Source of the DNA: Chloroflexota bacterium
Lineage (GTDB): Bacteria > Chloroflexota > Dehalococcoidia > UBA2979
Direction: 5' to 3'
NCBI GenBank assembly: GCA_002718395.1
Contig: PBEG01000016.1
Location: forward strand, 1,003-65,002
Length of the DNA stretch: 64,000 nt
This document shows, piece by piece, positions 1-9,947 of the stretch (positions are counted from its first letter, which is position 1; each line of letters starts with the position of its first letter). Below the pieces are notes generated by a model. The model was not told the DNA's origin and did not search any database. It was given only the letters and a program-made list of their open reading frames with translations. Made by a program: the position numbers and the translations under genes.

Positions 1-1
1 C

Positions 2-1192
2 GTAGCGCCTGGTAATGCTGGAACTTCGCTAGAGCCTAAAGCTGAGAATATCGAAATCAGTTGCTCTGATATTGAAGGTCTAGTTTCTTTTTCTGAAAAA
101 GAAAATATTGGTCTTGTAATCGTTGGTCCAGAAGATCCATTAGTAAACGGAATTACTGATGCATTCAAGAAAGTCGGGATTGATTGTTTTGGTCCTGAGT
201 CAATGGGAGCAAGACTAGAAGGCTCAAAAGTTTTTGCTAAATCTTTTATGAAAAAACATAACATCCCAACAGCCAACTATGAAAGCTTTACTGATGCAGA
301 TGAAGCTATCAAATATATTCAAAAGAATAAGTTTCCTCTTGTCATTAAAGCTGATGGCTTGGCAGCCGGAAAAGGTGTTGTGATTGTAGAAGACTATGAA
401 AGCGCTAATGAAACCATTAACGCATTTATCAGTGAAACGAAATATGGAGATGCCAGTAAAAAGATCATAGTTGAGGAATTTCTAAAAGGTCAGGAGCTTA
501 GCTATATTGTGATGGTGGATAGAAATGAATATCTCCCACTAGCAACATCACAGGACCATAAAACAATTGGAGAAGGCGATGTTGGATTGAATACTGGCGG
601 AATGGGAGCATATTCACCTGTTCCATTTGTAAACGAGGAACTAGATATATTAATTAAGAAAAAAGTTATCGAACCAACTGTTGACGGGCTTTTACAGGAT
701 GGAATTAGTTTTAGAGGATTTCTATATGCTGGCCTTATGATTGACTCAGATATGGATATAAAAGTATTAGAGTATAACTGCAGATTTGGAGACCCAGAGA
801 CTCAACCAATAATGCTGAGACTAAAATCAGACCTTATTGAGATGATCCAGACATGCTTCTCTGGGGGCATCAGTAATTATAAAGTTGAATGGGATCAAAA
901 GTCAGCTATGGGTATAGTGATGTCTAGTATCGGTTATCCAGAATCATATGAAACTGGTAAAAAAATCTCTGGGCTCGATGCATTTTCTGGCAGAGATGAT
1001 ATCAAAGTCTTTCATTCCGGTACACGCATAGAGAATCAAAATTTTCTTACCAATGGAGGCAGAGTTTTATGTTTAACTGCTCTTGGAGATGACTTAGATC
1101 AGTCCAATCAGAATGCATATTCCGCTATTGATAAGATTGAATGGGATGGAAAATATTATAGAAAAGATATTGGTTTTAGGGTAATGAAATAG
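2..1192 (+). CDS. purD: phosphoribosylamine--glycine ligase, 5'-truncated by the window edge (the frame is open from base 2; the ORF track starts at an internal Met at 203)
   Basis: ATP-grasp GAR synthetase C-terminal region. The frame continues unbroken to the window start with PurD-like sequence (IVGPEDPLVNGITDAFKKVGI...). Confidence 0.85.
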   Translation, partial: VAPGNAGTSLEPKAENIEISCSDIEGLVSFSEKENIGLVIVGPEDPLVNGITDAFKKVGIDCFGPESMGARLEGSKVFAKSFMKKHNIPTANYESFTDADEAIKYIQKNKFPLVIKADGLAAGKGVVIVEDYESANETINAFISETKYGDASKKIIVEEFLKGQELSYIVMVDRNEYLPLATSQDHKTIGEGDVGLNTGGMGAYSPVPFVNEELDILIKKKVIEPTVDGLLQDGISFRGFLYAGLMIDSDMDIKVLEYNCRFGDPETQPIMLRLKSDLIEMIQTCFSGGISNYKVEWDQKSAMGIVMSSIGYPESYETGKKISGLDAFSGRDDIKVFHSGTRIENQNFLTNGGRVLCLTALGDDLDQSNQNAYSAIDKIEWDGKYYRKDIGFRVMK

Positions 1193-1194
1193 CT

Positions 1195-2577
1195 TTATTT
1201 CTTCATTGATTCAAAAAAATCATTATTAGTTTTTGTATCTTTCATTTTATTCAAAAGAAACTCAACTGCAGCAATCTCATCCATATCGTGGACAACTTTC
1301 CTAAGAACCCACATTTTTTGAAGCTCCTCTGGATCCATTAGTAGGTCTTCTCGTCTTGTTCCAGATCTATTGATATGAACTGCTGGATATACTCTCTTAT
1401 CGGCGATTCTCCTATCGAGAGCAATTTCCATATTACCCGTACCTTTGAATTCTTCAAAAATCACTTCATCCATTCTAGAACCAGTTTCAACTAGTGCAGT
1501 TGCAATGATTGTTAAGCTTCCACCTTCCTCAAGATTTCTAGCAGCACCAAAAAATCTTTTTGGTTTTTGGAGGGCGTTTGCATCTACGCCACCAGTTAAT
1601 ACCTTACCTGAGGCAGGTGCAACAGTGTTGTATGCTCTCGCTAATCTTGTTATTGAATCTAGAAGAATTACAACGTCTTTTTTATGCTCTGAGAGTCTCT
1701 TGGCTTTCTCCAATACCATATCAGCAACTTGGACATGCCTTGATGCAGGCTCATCAAATGTACTAGAAACTACTTCTCCTCTGACAGTTCTAATCATATC
1801 TGTAACTTCTTCTGGTCTTTCATCTATAAGAAGTACGATTAGATGTACGTCTGGGTAATTTGCTGTAATTGAAGATGCTATATTTTGCAGAAGAATCGTT
1901 TTCCCAGCCTTTGGAGGTGAAACAATTAGTCCTCTTTGTCCCATACCTATGGGTGATGCTAAGTCTATGATCCTTGCAGTTAAGTCTTCGACACTTCCTG
2001 TTCCTTGTTCCAGCTTTAATCTCTCTTCAGGAAAATATGGTGTTAAATTCTCAAACAATGCTTTTGTTCTTACATTCTCTGGATCCTCAAAATTAATTTC
2101 TGAAACTTTTAATAAAGCAAAGTATCGCTCATTGTCTTTAGGAGGCCTGACTGAGCCTGAAAGAGTATCACCAGTTCTAAGATTAAATTTCCTTATTTGG
2201 GTTGGTGAAACATAAACATCATCTGGTCCAGCAATATATGATGTGTCTGATGATCTGAGAAAACCAAATCCATCTTGCAAAATTTCCAAAACACCTTCAC
2301 CAAAGATTCTCTTATCTTCTGCAGCATGCGCTTTCAAAATGGAAAATGTGATATCTTGCCTTCTAGCTCTTGAGATATTTTCAATCCCCATATCTTCAGC
2401 GGTTTTCTGAATCTCTGTTATTGATTTAGTTCTTAACTCAGGAAGACTTAGAACATCATCACCTTCAAGCTCAGATTTCGATATAACGTCATCATCTGTG
2501 AAAGTTGCAGCTCTATCTTGGAAATCCTTCTTATGTCTTGAATTTCTTTTTCTTCTGTTTTTACCGTTTGATGGCAT
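1195..2577 (-). CDS. rho: transcription termination factor Rho (with ~40 aa basic N-terminal extension)
   Basis: Aligns along the full length with E. coli Rho (RNA-binding domain [17 protein letters not shown], Walker [14 protein letters not shown]-terminal NDFFESMKK). The N-terminus [17 protein letters not shown] precedes the conserved start with no internal Met. Confidence 0.95.
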   Translation of the reverse strand: MPSNGKNRRKRNSRHKKDFQDRAATFTDDDVISKSELEGDDVLSLPELRTKSITEIQKTAEDMGIENISRARRQDITFSILKAHAAEDKRIFGEGVLEILQDGFGFLRSSDTSYIAGPDDVYVSPTQIRKFNLRTGDTLSGSVRPPKDNERYFALLKVSEINFEDPENVRTKALFENLTPYFPEERLKLEQGTGSVEDLTARIIDLASPIGMGQRGLIVSPPKAGKTILLQNIASSITANYPDVHLIVLLIDERPEEVTDMIRTVRGEVVSSTFDEPASRHVQVADMVLEKAKRLSEHKKDVVILLDSITRLARAYNTVAPASGKVLTGGVDANALQKPKRFFGAARNLEEGGSLTIIATALVETGSRMDEVIFEEFKGTGNMEIALDRRIADKRVYPAVHINRSGTRREDLLMDPEELQKMWVLRKVVHDMDEIAAVEFLLNKMKDTKTNNDFFESMKK

Positions 2578-2583
2578 ATAAAA

Positions 2584-2904
2584 TTAAATATTTTGATTAA
2601 TGAATTCTTGAATCTGTGCCTTAGAAGCTGCGCCAATATGCTGAGCTTTTACAGCACCTTCGCTAAAAATTATTAGTGTTGGGATACTCCTTATTGCATA
2701 GTCCATTGCTGTCTTTTTGCTATTATCTACATCAACCTTGACAATCTTTATCTTTCCATTGAGTTCCTGGTCTAATTCCTCTAGTGCAGGTGCAATCATT
2801 TTACATGGGCCACACCACTCAGCCCAAAAATCAACAAGAACAGGTGTCTGTGATGATATGACATCTACTTGAAAATTCTCATCTGTAGTTTGAACTATAC
2901 CCAT
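2584..2904 (-). CDS. trxA: thioredoxin 1 (ORF extends to 2979; the internal Met at 2904 gives the canonical ~106 aa protein)
   Basis: WCGPCK active-site motif. The sequence from MGIVQTTDENF aligns with E. coli TrxA. The 25-aa upstream extension has no thioredoxin counterpart. Confidence 0.9.
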   Translation of the reverse strand: MGIVQTTDENFQVDVISSQTPVLVDFWAEWCGPCKMIAPALEELDQELNGKIKIVKVDVDNSKKTAMDYAIRSIPTLIIFSEGAVKAQHIGAASKAQIQEFINQNI

Positions 2905-3080
2905 TTTATTTTGAAAATTTAATTGCTTGATAAAAGATGTAACGATTTTTCTATAGAACTCTGGATAGAGATAATTCATTGTCCCTAAATAAAGTGTAAT
3001 AAAGCAAGTCTTTTTTTAAAAAAATATATTCTAAACTCATCACTAATACATTTTATAGTGAACTCTAATCACAGTAGTCT

Positions 3081-3896
3081 ATGATAATCATTGTGATAAC
3101 AAATAAAGACATCCTAAGAGAAGTTATAAAGATTTCAGTTGAAGCTGGAGAAATAATCATTGATTTATACAAGAACTCCGATATTGATATCCAACTAAAA
3201 AATGATGAATCACCACTTACTAGAGCAGATATCTCATCAAATAATCACATAATTAACAGGATAAAAAAGCTTACTCCAGAAATTCCTATTTTATCCGAAG
3301 AATCCAAAAGATTTACTCTTCAAGAAAGATCTAGATGGAAAGAGTATTGGCTAATTGATCCACTTGATGGAACAAAAGAATTTATCAATAGGAATGGTGA
3401 ATTCACTGTAAACATAGCTCTAATTTCCAACAATAGACCAACATTTGGCGTAATTCACATTCCTGTATCTCATGAAACTTACTGGGGTCATCAAGATTAT
3501 GGTTCTTATTTTATAAATTCAGATTCCGAAGAGCGAAAAATAAGTGTAAACAAAAGAAATAGAAAAAAAATTAGGGTTACTGCTAGTAGATCACATAACA
3601 ATAGCAAACTAACAGACTTCCTCAATAATATAGTAGATTATGAAATCTTATATGCTGGAAGCTCCTTAAAGTTTTGCCTCATAGCGAGGGGTCTAGCAGA
3701 TATCTACCCGAGACTGAGCCCTACATCAGAGTGGGATATTGCGGCTGGTGAAGCTATCTTATTAAATGCAGGTGGAAAATTACTGACACTAAGCAATAAA
3801 GAGATTAGTTATAATAAGAGCATTGATTTCATCAATCCTAGCTTTATTGCTTCAAATAATCTTTTATATATGAAAAATAGTAATGAGAATATATGA
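3081..3896 (+). CDS. cysQ: 3'(2'),5'-bisphosphate nucleotidase (inositol monophosphatase family)
   Basis: Close match to E. coli CysQ (WLIDPLDGTKEFINRNGEFTVNIALI, SSLKFCLIARG). The exact start is uncertain (ATG at 3081 or GTG at 3093). Confidence 0.85.
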   Translation: MIIIVITNKDILREVIKISVEAGEIIIDLYKNSDIDIQLKNDESPLTRADISSNNHIINRIKKLTPEIPILSEESKRFTLQERSRWKEYWLIDPLDGTKEFINRNGEFTVNIALISNNRPTFGVIHIPVSHETYWGHQDYGSYFINSDSEERKISVNKRNRKKIRVTASRSHNNSKLTDFLNNIVDYEILYAGSSLKFCLIARGLADIYPRLSPTSEWDIAAGEAILLNAGGKLLTLSNKEISYNKSIDFINPSFIASNNLLYMKNSNENI

Positions 3897-3909
3897 TTTC
3901 TAAAAAGTT

Positions 3910-5088
3910 TTAGCTTTCACCAAATAGATCCCTTGTGTAAATTTTCTCCGTAGTATCTGATAAATCTTCATGCATTCTGTTTGCCAAGATCAAAGATGAA
4001 GAATCTTTGAATTTCTCCAAGTTCGTAAATACTTCAGAACCATAGAATTGACTTTGAGTAATAAGTGGCTCATAAACAATCACTCTGACTCCTTTAGCTT
4101 TTATTCTCTTCATAATACCCTGAACTGAGGATGATCTTATATTATCTGATCCTTCCTTCATTATTAATCTGTATATACCAACACAATCAGGATTCTTCTT
4201 CATGATATCATCAGCAATATAATCTTTTCGTGAAACATTGGCATCAACTATCGCCCCAATTATATTCTGTGGAACTGAATTATAATTTGCTAACAGTTGC
4301 TTTGTGTCTTTTGGGAGACAATAACCTCCATATCCAAAGGAGGGATTATTATAACCCCGTCCTATTCTTGGATCTGAGCAAACAGCGGATATTATCTTTT
4401 CGGTATCCAATCCTAGGTTGAGAGCGTATGAGTCTAGCTCATTGAAATATGCTACCCTTAGTGCAAGATATGAATTTGAAAATAATTTCACAGATTCTGC
4501 TTCCTCAGGAGCAAGAAAAAAGCAAATTGGATCATTAAGCGCAATCTCCTCAAAAAGCTCACTAATTCTTTTTGCCAGATTAGAATTATCGCCAATAACA
4601 ATCCTAGATGGGTTGAGGTTGTCCTCTATGGCATGCCCCTCCCTCAAGAATTCAGGTGAGAATATTATCTGAATTTCTGGAAATTTACTTCTTATTTTAG
4701 ATATAAAGCCAACAGGTATTGTCGACTTAATCAGTATAGGTATTTTTGGATCATTGATTCTTATTTGATCAATTGTATCTTCTAGTATTGATGTATCAAA
4801 ATAGTTACCTTTCGGATCATAATTAGTAGGCAAAGCAAGAATATATAAATCTGTTTTTCCAAAAGTAGGCTCCAAATTTGGATAAGCTATTAATCTAGAT
4901 TTGTTAGATTCCAGAAACTCTTTAATCAGGGGATCATTAATTGGAGAGTTTGATGAATTAATCAGTCTTACTTTCTCTTCATCGATATCAATAATGCTAA
5001 CATTGTAATTTTGGCTCAATAAAACTGCTATTGAGTTACCAACATATCCAGCGCCAATTACTGAAATATTAGAAAAATTTTTCATCAA
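3910..5088 (-). CDS. ugd: UDP-glucose/GDP-mannose dehydrogenase family protein, probably UDP-glucose 6-dehydrogenase
   Basis: N-terminal Rossmann GAGYVG and catalytic-Cys motif GYGGYCLPKD. Size 392 aa. Adjacent to a UDP-GlcA epimerase-like gene. Confidence 0.75.
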   Translation of the reverse strand: MMKNFSNISVIGAGYVGNSIAVLLSQNYNVSIIDIDEEKVRLINSSNSPINDPLIKEFLESNKSRLIAYPNLEPTFGKTDLYILALPTNYDPKGNYFDTSILEDTIDQIRINDPKIPILIKSTIPVGFISKIRSKFPEIQIIFSPEFLREGHAIEDNLNPSRIVIGDNSNLAKRISELFEEIALNDPICFFLAPEEAESVKLFSNSYLALRVAYFNELDSYALNLGLDTEKIISAVCSDPRIGRGYNNPSFGYGGYCLPKDTKQLLANYNSVPQNIIGAIVDANVSRKDYIADDIMKKNPDCVGIYRLIMKEGSDNIRSSSVQGIMKRIKAKGVRVIVYEPLITQSQFYGSEVFTNLEKFKDSSSLILANRMHEDLSDTTEKIYTRDLFGES

Positions 5089-5133
5089 TCACACTCCTCA
5101 TTTTTTCCCATAACAAGCTGTAGATTAGAAAAT

Positions 5134-6144
5134 TTATATAGAGTAATAATCTCTATACCAATTTACAAAATTCTTCACTCCTTCCTCAATCGTTATTTTA
5201 GGTCTATATTTTGTTACCTCAAAAAGTCTTTCTGTATCAGCATGAGTAGTTAAAACATCGCCTGGCTGCATGGGTTGAAACTCTTTTTTTGCCTTGATAG
5301 ATAAATGTCTTTCCAATGTTGAGATAAAATCTAATAAACTAACTGGTCTACCATTTCCAATATTATATATAGAATATGGTGCAATTTTACTGCATGAAGG
5401 ATCTAGTTCATTATCCGAGCTAACGCTGCTTTTTTTGGGAAGTATTTCTTGTATTCTTACAATCCCCTCTACAATATCATCAATGTAGGTAAAGTCTCTC
5501 AACATATCACCATTGTTATTGATCTTTATTGGATCCCCATTGATTATAGATCGTGTAAATTTAAATAATGCCATATCTGGCCTACCCCATGGCCCATAAA
5601 CTGTGAAAAATCTTAAGCCAGTACATGGAATATTATAGAGATGTGAATATGCGTGTGACATCAACTCATTAGATTTCTTAGTCGCAGCATAGAGAGATAC
5701 AGGATGATCTGTGGAACTTGATTCAGATAGAACTTCATAGTCCTGAAATCCGTAAATGGAGCTTGATGAGGCATACACTAAATGATCAACATCAATAGAT
5801 CGACAAGCCTCCAGGACAGATAAATGACCAACCAAATTAGATTGTCCATAAATATAAGGATGATCGATTGAATATCTCACTCCAGGCTGAGCAGCAAGAT
5901 GAATCACACGATCAATTGCGCCCTCTTTCATTATTTGTGTAAGTTTATCAGTATCAATGATATCCATTAATTTAAATTGATAATTTCTATAATTCTCTAA
6001 AATGGAAAGTCTGTCTTTTTTTAACTTAACACTGTAATAATCACTGAGGTTGTCAATTCCAATTACGTCATACCCTAGCTCACATAATCTCATTGCAGTA
6101 TGAAAACCAATAAATCCTGCAGAACCTGTTAAGAGAAATTTCAT
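5134..6144 (-). CDS. NAD-dependent epimerase, probable UDP-glucuronate 4-epimerase
   Basis: Extended SDR (TGSAGFIGFH, YAATKKSNE YxxxK). Typical pairing with ugd in polysaccharide loci. Confidence 0.65.
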   Translation of the reverse strand: MKFLLTGSAGFIGFHTAMRLCELGYDVIGIDNLSDYYSVKLKKDRLSILENYRNYQFKLMDIIDTDKLTQIMKEGAIDRVIHLAAQPGVRYSIDHPYIYGQSNLVGHLSVLEACRSIDVDHLVYASSSSIYGFQDYEVLSESSSTDHPVSLYAATKKSNELMSHAYSHLYNIPCTGLRFFTVYGPWGRPDMALFKFTRSIINGDPIKINNNGDMLRDFTYIDDIVEGIVRIQEILPKKSSVSSDNELDPSCSKIAPYSIYNIGNGRPVSLLDFISTLERHLSIKAKKEFQPMQPGDVLTTHADTERLFEVTKYRPKITIEEGVKNFVNWYRDYYSI

Positions 6145-6171
6145 AAGAACTAGATTACCAGATAATAATCC

Positions 6172-8148
6172 TTAAATTTTCTCTGCTACAGAAACTCTAA
6201 AACGAAAAGATGGAATAGATCCATCTGGCTTCAATGTGTCATCTATCTCTTGCAGTGAAAATACCAACCGATTTAGGTAGCCATTCTTGTCTTGTTTATT
6301 GATTAACATTGGTAGTGCTGCACATTGATGAGGCTCCCAATTAACAGATATTGAGGAATCCTTGTTTGAAATTAATATTTCACCTCCAGTTACAGGAATT
6401 GCAGTCGTGCTTGAAACAAGGCTAGAAATTGGCTTTGTATGATCAAAATCACCATTAATTCTCAAAACCTCTCTTTGTCTACCTCCGCTTAGATATGAAA
6501 TCTCAATTTCATTTCCCCAGAAATCTGGTAAAAGAGTTAAGTAACCGACTCTCAGAAAATACTTGCCTCTCTTCCAATTTGGGAATTCATAATTGAGAGT
6601 AATCATTGGCTTTTGTCTTGAAATTGACAATCTTTTTTCAATATCTCCTAGAGCTGTATTGTGACTAGTTATTAATGTTATTGAAGATTTATCACTAATT
6701 ATCTCTGGCTCAACAACTTGTAGGTCAGATATTTTCTGGCCCTCAAAAAATCCCTGAGATTGAACGCCTCCAGTATAGAAATCTGCACCCAACAATATTG
6801 AATCGAAATAACCATGTGGCAATGTTCCAAATGCAGGATTATCAAATTTTGAAAACTGTAATTTATTAATAGTTAGGCCTTTTCTTAGGTTAAGGGATGC
6901 AATAACGTCCTTTGTGGATAATTTAAGTATTGTGTTCTCCTCATCAGTCGAATATTCAAAATTACTGTCATGATTTTCACAAGAATCATCGATTTCAGTT
7001 TTCGTATCAGTAGTTTTATCCCTAATTTTTATATTTGAATCAATGTGTTCATTGATCTGATGAATTTGTCCTACCGCTTTGTCCCATCTGTTTTTAGTTA
7101 TATGAGTTCTTAAATCACTCGACCATAAATCACATAGCCGTCTCTTTAAATCTTTGGATGCTCTGAGCTCAGAATCATCCATCATTTTATTAAATATCTG
7201 GTAACACATTGTATTAATCCATACATCATTCCGCCCTGATAGCGCCCAACGTGTAATATTGTATTTGGGCTGTTTCTTTACAGGAGCAGGATTTGCTGAG
7301 CTTACCAATATTCGAGCCTTTGTGTCTTGAGATGCAATATCAGGCATTATCTCTGAAGGAGTTGACCAAGTAATATCTCTATTTTTTGTCAAGTAAATCA
7401 TCAATTCTTTGATCCTATTCCATTCACCATGTGGGTGAATTGTTGACTCTGTATTGAATCGTCCAGGTCTATAATCAAAACATTCAGCATCATTTGTATA
7501 GAAAGGGACAATACCCATTTGAGAAGACTTATATTTATCAAAAAAATCAAGGTAGCTTTCAAAATTAATATCACCATGAGCAAATTGCTGGAGTTTTTGA
7601 AAAATAAATGAATTAGACCATAGAACAGGCATCTCATAGTTTGAAGGACTGAGAGCTTTGTTAGGCATCAGGCCATCCCACTCTTGATCATATTTAAAGG
7701 AAAGCTTTATGTTGCTCTCATCCATGATGAAGGAATCATATCCAACCTCATAAATTACATCTATGATACTACTAGAAAAGGCCATTTCATTGATAAGAGC
7801 AGTTTTAGGTCTTACATTCAGATAACGTTCATAAATTTCTAGACCTAAAAGATGATTCCAGTGATTGACCTCATAAGGAGTTAGAGGTGCGATCATTTGC
7901 ACGTAACCACTTCCAATCAGTTCCACTTTATCTTCATCAATTAATGATGAAAGCTTCTTGATCCAATTGTCATCAATCAAATTTATTCTCTCGAGCGTTT
8001 TTCCACTTGCTTCTATTGAAATCTTTATCCTATCTTCTTCACATAAGTCTAGAAGTGGCCAATAACATTTTTCTATAATAGATTCATGCTCATCTTCCTC
8101 TATTGATGAAAAAGAGAGATTCAAATGAAATGTGGTATACAATCTCAT
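6172..8148 (-). CDS. glycoside hydrolase family 57-like / carbohydrate-deacetylase-fold protein, function unknown (start probably at Met18 at 8148, coupled to the upstream stop)
   Basis: N-terminal TTFHLNLSFSS..EDE and later acidic motifs (ALINEMAF, YTNDAECFDYRPG) resemble the GH57 conserved regions. C-terminal half is beta-rich. Assignment by eye only. Confidence 0.35.
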   Translation of the reverse strand: MRLYTTFHLNLSFSSIEEDEHESIIEKCYWPLLDLCEEDRIKISIEASGKTLERINLIDDNWIKKLSSLIDEDKVELIGSGYVQMIAPLTPYEVNHWNHLLGLEIYERYLNVRPKTALINEMAFSSSIIDVIYEVGYDSFIMDESNIKLSFKYDQEWDGLMPNKALSPSNYEMPVLWSNSFIFQKLQQFAHGDINFESYLDFFDKYKSSQMGIVPFYTNDAECFDYRPGRFNTESTIHPHGEWNRIKELMIYLTKNRDITWSTPSEIMPDIASQDTKARILVSSANPAPVKKQPKYNITRWALSGRNDVWINTMCYQIFNKMMDDSELRASKDLKRRLCDLWSSDLRTHITKNRWDKAVGQIHQINEHIDSNIKIRDKTTDTKTEIDDSCENHDSNFEYSTDEENTILKLSTKDVIASLNLRKGLTINKLQFSKFDNPAFGTLPHGYFDSILLGADFYTGGVQSQGFFEGQKISDLQVVEPEIISDKSSITLITSHNTALGDIEKRLSISRQKPMITLNYEFPNWKRGKYFLRVGYLTLLPDFWGNEIEISYLSGGRQREVLRINGDFDHTKPISSLVSSTTAIPVTGGEILISNKDSSISVNWEPHQCAALPMLINKQDKNGYLNRLVFSLQEIDDTLKPDGSIPSFRFRVSVAEKI

Positions 8149-8149
8149 T

Positions 8150-9091
8150 TTAATTAAGTAAAGTCTTCCAAGAGCTACCCCAATGCTGATCAGAATCAAT
8201 TTCGCTCTCTAGAATCAAATCCAATGACTCAATAGCTCTAAATAAATTGTTTCTATTGATAAATTTGTAATTTCTGAGACTTATCCAGTTGTCAGGATTC
8301 CTTGTGGCTTTCAAAAGCCATTTAAAATCAGACTCATCATCGTCATAATTGAAAGCCAAAATTACTTTTTTGCCATAATATTCTGCCTCTTGCAGAATAG
8401 TCCCAAATGAGGTGATGATTATAGACGCATTGGCAATTTCAGTTTGCATATCTTCTGAATTAAAAACAAAATCAATTTCAGGGTATTTACTCAATAAATA
8501 ATCTTTTTTGTGCTTATAACCTGGCCCAATAATAATTTTCAATCTATTCATATAGTTTGAGTCATACAACAAATTAAGAACAATACTCGAAATATCGTTT
8601 GGGTCACTACCTCCAAAGGTCAGAAGAATCTTATCGTTAAGCTCTTTTTTGTATAGCTTTGGCTCTTTCAGAACTGAATAATGTTTCCCCCATAAGATTG
8701 AATTTTCTGAAATATAACTTTTCTTTATCTTATCTTTATTAATAAAGAAGGATGGAACTATAACTTCTCCAGAATGAATAGCCCACCTGTCAACCCTATC
8801 AATTATTATGGTATTTTCTTTATTTTTAAAAAAACCATCAATCATATCCATGCAATCGTATTTAGAGTCTACAAAAGCGTAACTGAAATTAAAATCATTA
8901 TGAGTTTGTTGCTTTATTATTTTAAATTTTCTCTTCTTAAGAAATTGACTCTCTATATCGTTTGTGGCCAAAAATATGGATTTATTTTTGAGTCCCATAA
9001 TCTCTATAATGTTAGTGAGTCTATACAAATGACCAAATCCTATTTCAACTCCGCCAGACGCGAAACATAGAATTTTCTCACTATGACTCAC
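8150..9091 (-). CDS. pseG: UDP-2,4-diacetamido-2,4,6-trideoxy-beta-L-altropyranose hydrolase-like (PseG family GT-B)
   Basis: N-terminal GGVEIGFGHLYRL (the GxGHxxR signature of PseG), ~310 aa. Adjacent to a NeuB-family gene. Confidence 0.6.
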   Translation of the reverse strand: MSHSEKILCFASGGVEIGFGHLYRLTNIIEIMGLKNKSIFLATNDIESQFLKKRKFKIIKQQTHNDFNFSYAFVDSKYDCMDMIDGFFKNKENTIIIDRVDRWAIHSGEVIVPSFFINKDKIKKSYISENSILWGKHYSVLKEPKLYKKELNDKILLTFGGSDPNDISSIVLNLLYDSNYMNRLKIIIGPGYKHKKDYLLSKYPEIDFVFNSEDMQTEIANASIIITSFGTILQEAEYYGKKVILAFNYDDDESDFKWLLKATRNPDNWISLRNYKFINRNNLFRAIESLDLILESEIDSDQHWGSSWKTLLN

Positions 9092-9097
9092 TTGAAC

Positions 9098-9946
9098 TTA
9101 GAAACTACTTCTTATTTTCTTCATAGGGCGAAGTCCATCAGTTGGGTCAGCCCTCCAATCTCGGTCAGCTATTTCTGAGTCTGATGGCTCCTTATTACCA
9201 TGACCATCAGCATCTATACCTTCACGGACTTCCTTAATGACAACCTCAATCTCCTTTGGCAACCAACAATGTCCCGATGAGAACTCTTCGCCTTTCTTAT
9301 CTAGATCGAGATGAAACTCTATTATGCTCGCATTCCATTTATGGATTGCTCTGTGAATCACACTAGGGCTGACTGTATGATCAGACCACCCAACATTACA
9401 TCCTGTTTTATCTCTTATCGTTTGTATTGCAGATAAATTGGCGTCTCTCAGCGGTGTCGGATATGAGGAATTGCAATGTAGAAATGTCAAGTCAGTACAA
9501 TTATTCTTATGTGCAATTTCTTTGGCATGTAATATTTCAGGAATTGTTGCCATACCTGTAGAAAGTATTAGGGGTTTCGAAGTATTTGAGCATTTCTCAA
9601 TTAATGAATCCCATAGTAATTCATAAGAAGCGATCTTAAGGAAATCTACATAGTCATCAAGAAGATCGACGGCGCTAAGGTAAAAAGGTGTGCAAGAAAA
9701 CTTTATACCTCTAGACTTAGAATGCTCATAAAGCAATGGGATATATTCCTCTGGTAACTCCCATGACTTTCTATCTCTATGATTTTTAGACTTTTCTAGA
9801 ATCTCACTTGAAAATAGTTGCTCTATTCTAAATAACTGAAATTTTACAGCATCACAGCCAATATCAGATGCACAATCAATAAATTCTTTGCATCTTTCCA
9901 GGTCATTACCATGATTACTTGATACCTCTGCAATGAAATATGTCAT
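9098..9946 (-). CDS. NeuB/PseI-family nonulosonic acid synthase lacking the C-terminal SAF domain
   Basis: FIAEVSSNHGNDLERCKEFI...AVKFQLF TIM-barrel signature of N-acylneuraminate/pseudaminate synthases. Ends after the linker (GHGNKEPSDSE) at 282 aa versus ~340 aa for PseI. Confidence 0.65.
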   Translation of the reverse strand: MTYFIAEVSSNHGNDLERCKEFIDCASDIGCDAVKFQLFRIEQLFSSEILEKSKNHRDRKSWELPEEYIPLLYEHSKSRGIKFSCTPFYLSAVDLLDDYVDFLKIASYELLWDSLIEKCSNTSKPLILSTGMATIPEILHAKEIAHKNNCTDLTFLHCNSSYPTPLRDANLSAIQTIRDKTGCNVGWSDHTVSPSVIHRAIHKWNASIIEFHLDLDKKGEEFSSGHCWLPKEIEVVIKEVREGIDADGHGNKEPSDSEIADRDWRADPTDGLRPMKKIRSSF

Positions 9947-9947
9947 A

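Noticed and set aside
1445-2215. Plus-strand ORFs (1445..1858, 1560..1766, 1949..2215) inside rho
   Set aside because: Embedded antisense within a strongly conserved Rho coding sequence. No independent support.
2905-2979. N-terminal 25-aa extension of the trxA ORF
   Set aside because: No counterpart in thioredoxins. The internal Met at 2904 gives a canonical 106-aa TrxA, so the longer ORF is probably upstream read-through of the open frame.
3900-3913. Perfect palindrome ctaaaaagttttag between the convergent cysQ and ugd stops
   Set aside because: All-AT 5-6 bp stem with almost no loop. Too weak to call a bidirectional terminator, and it overlaps the ugd stop codon.
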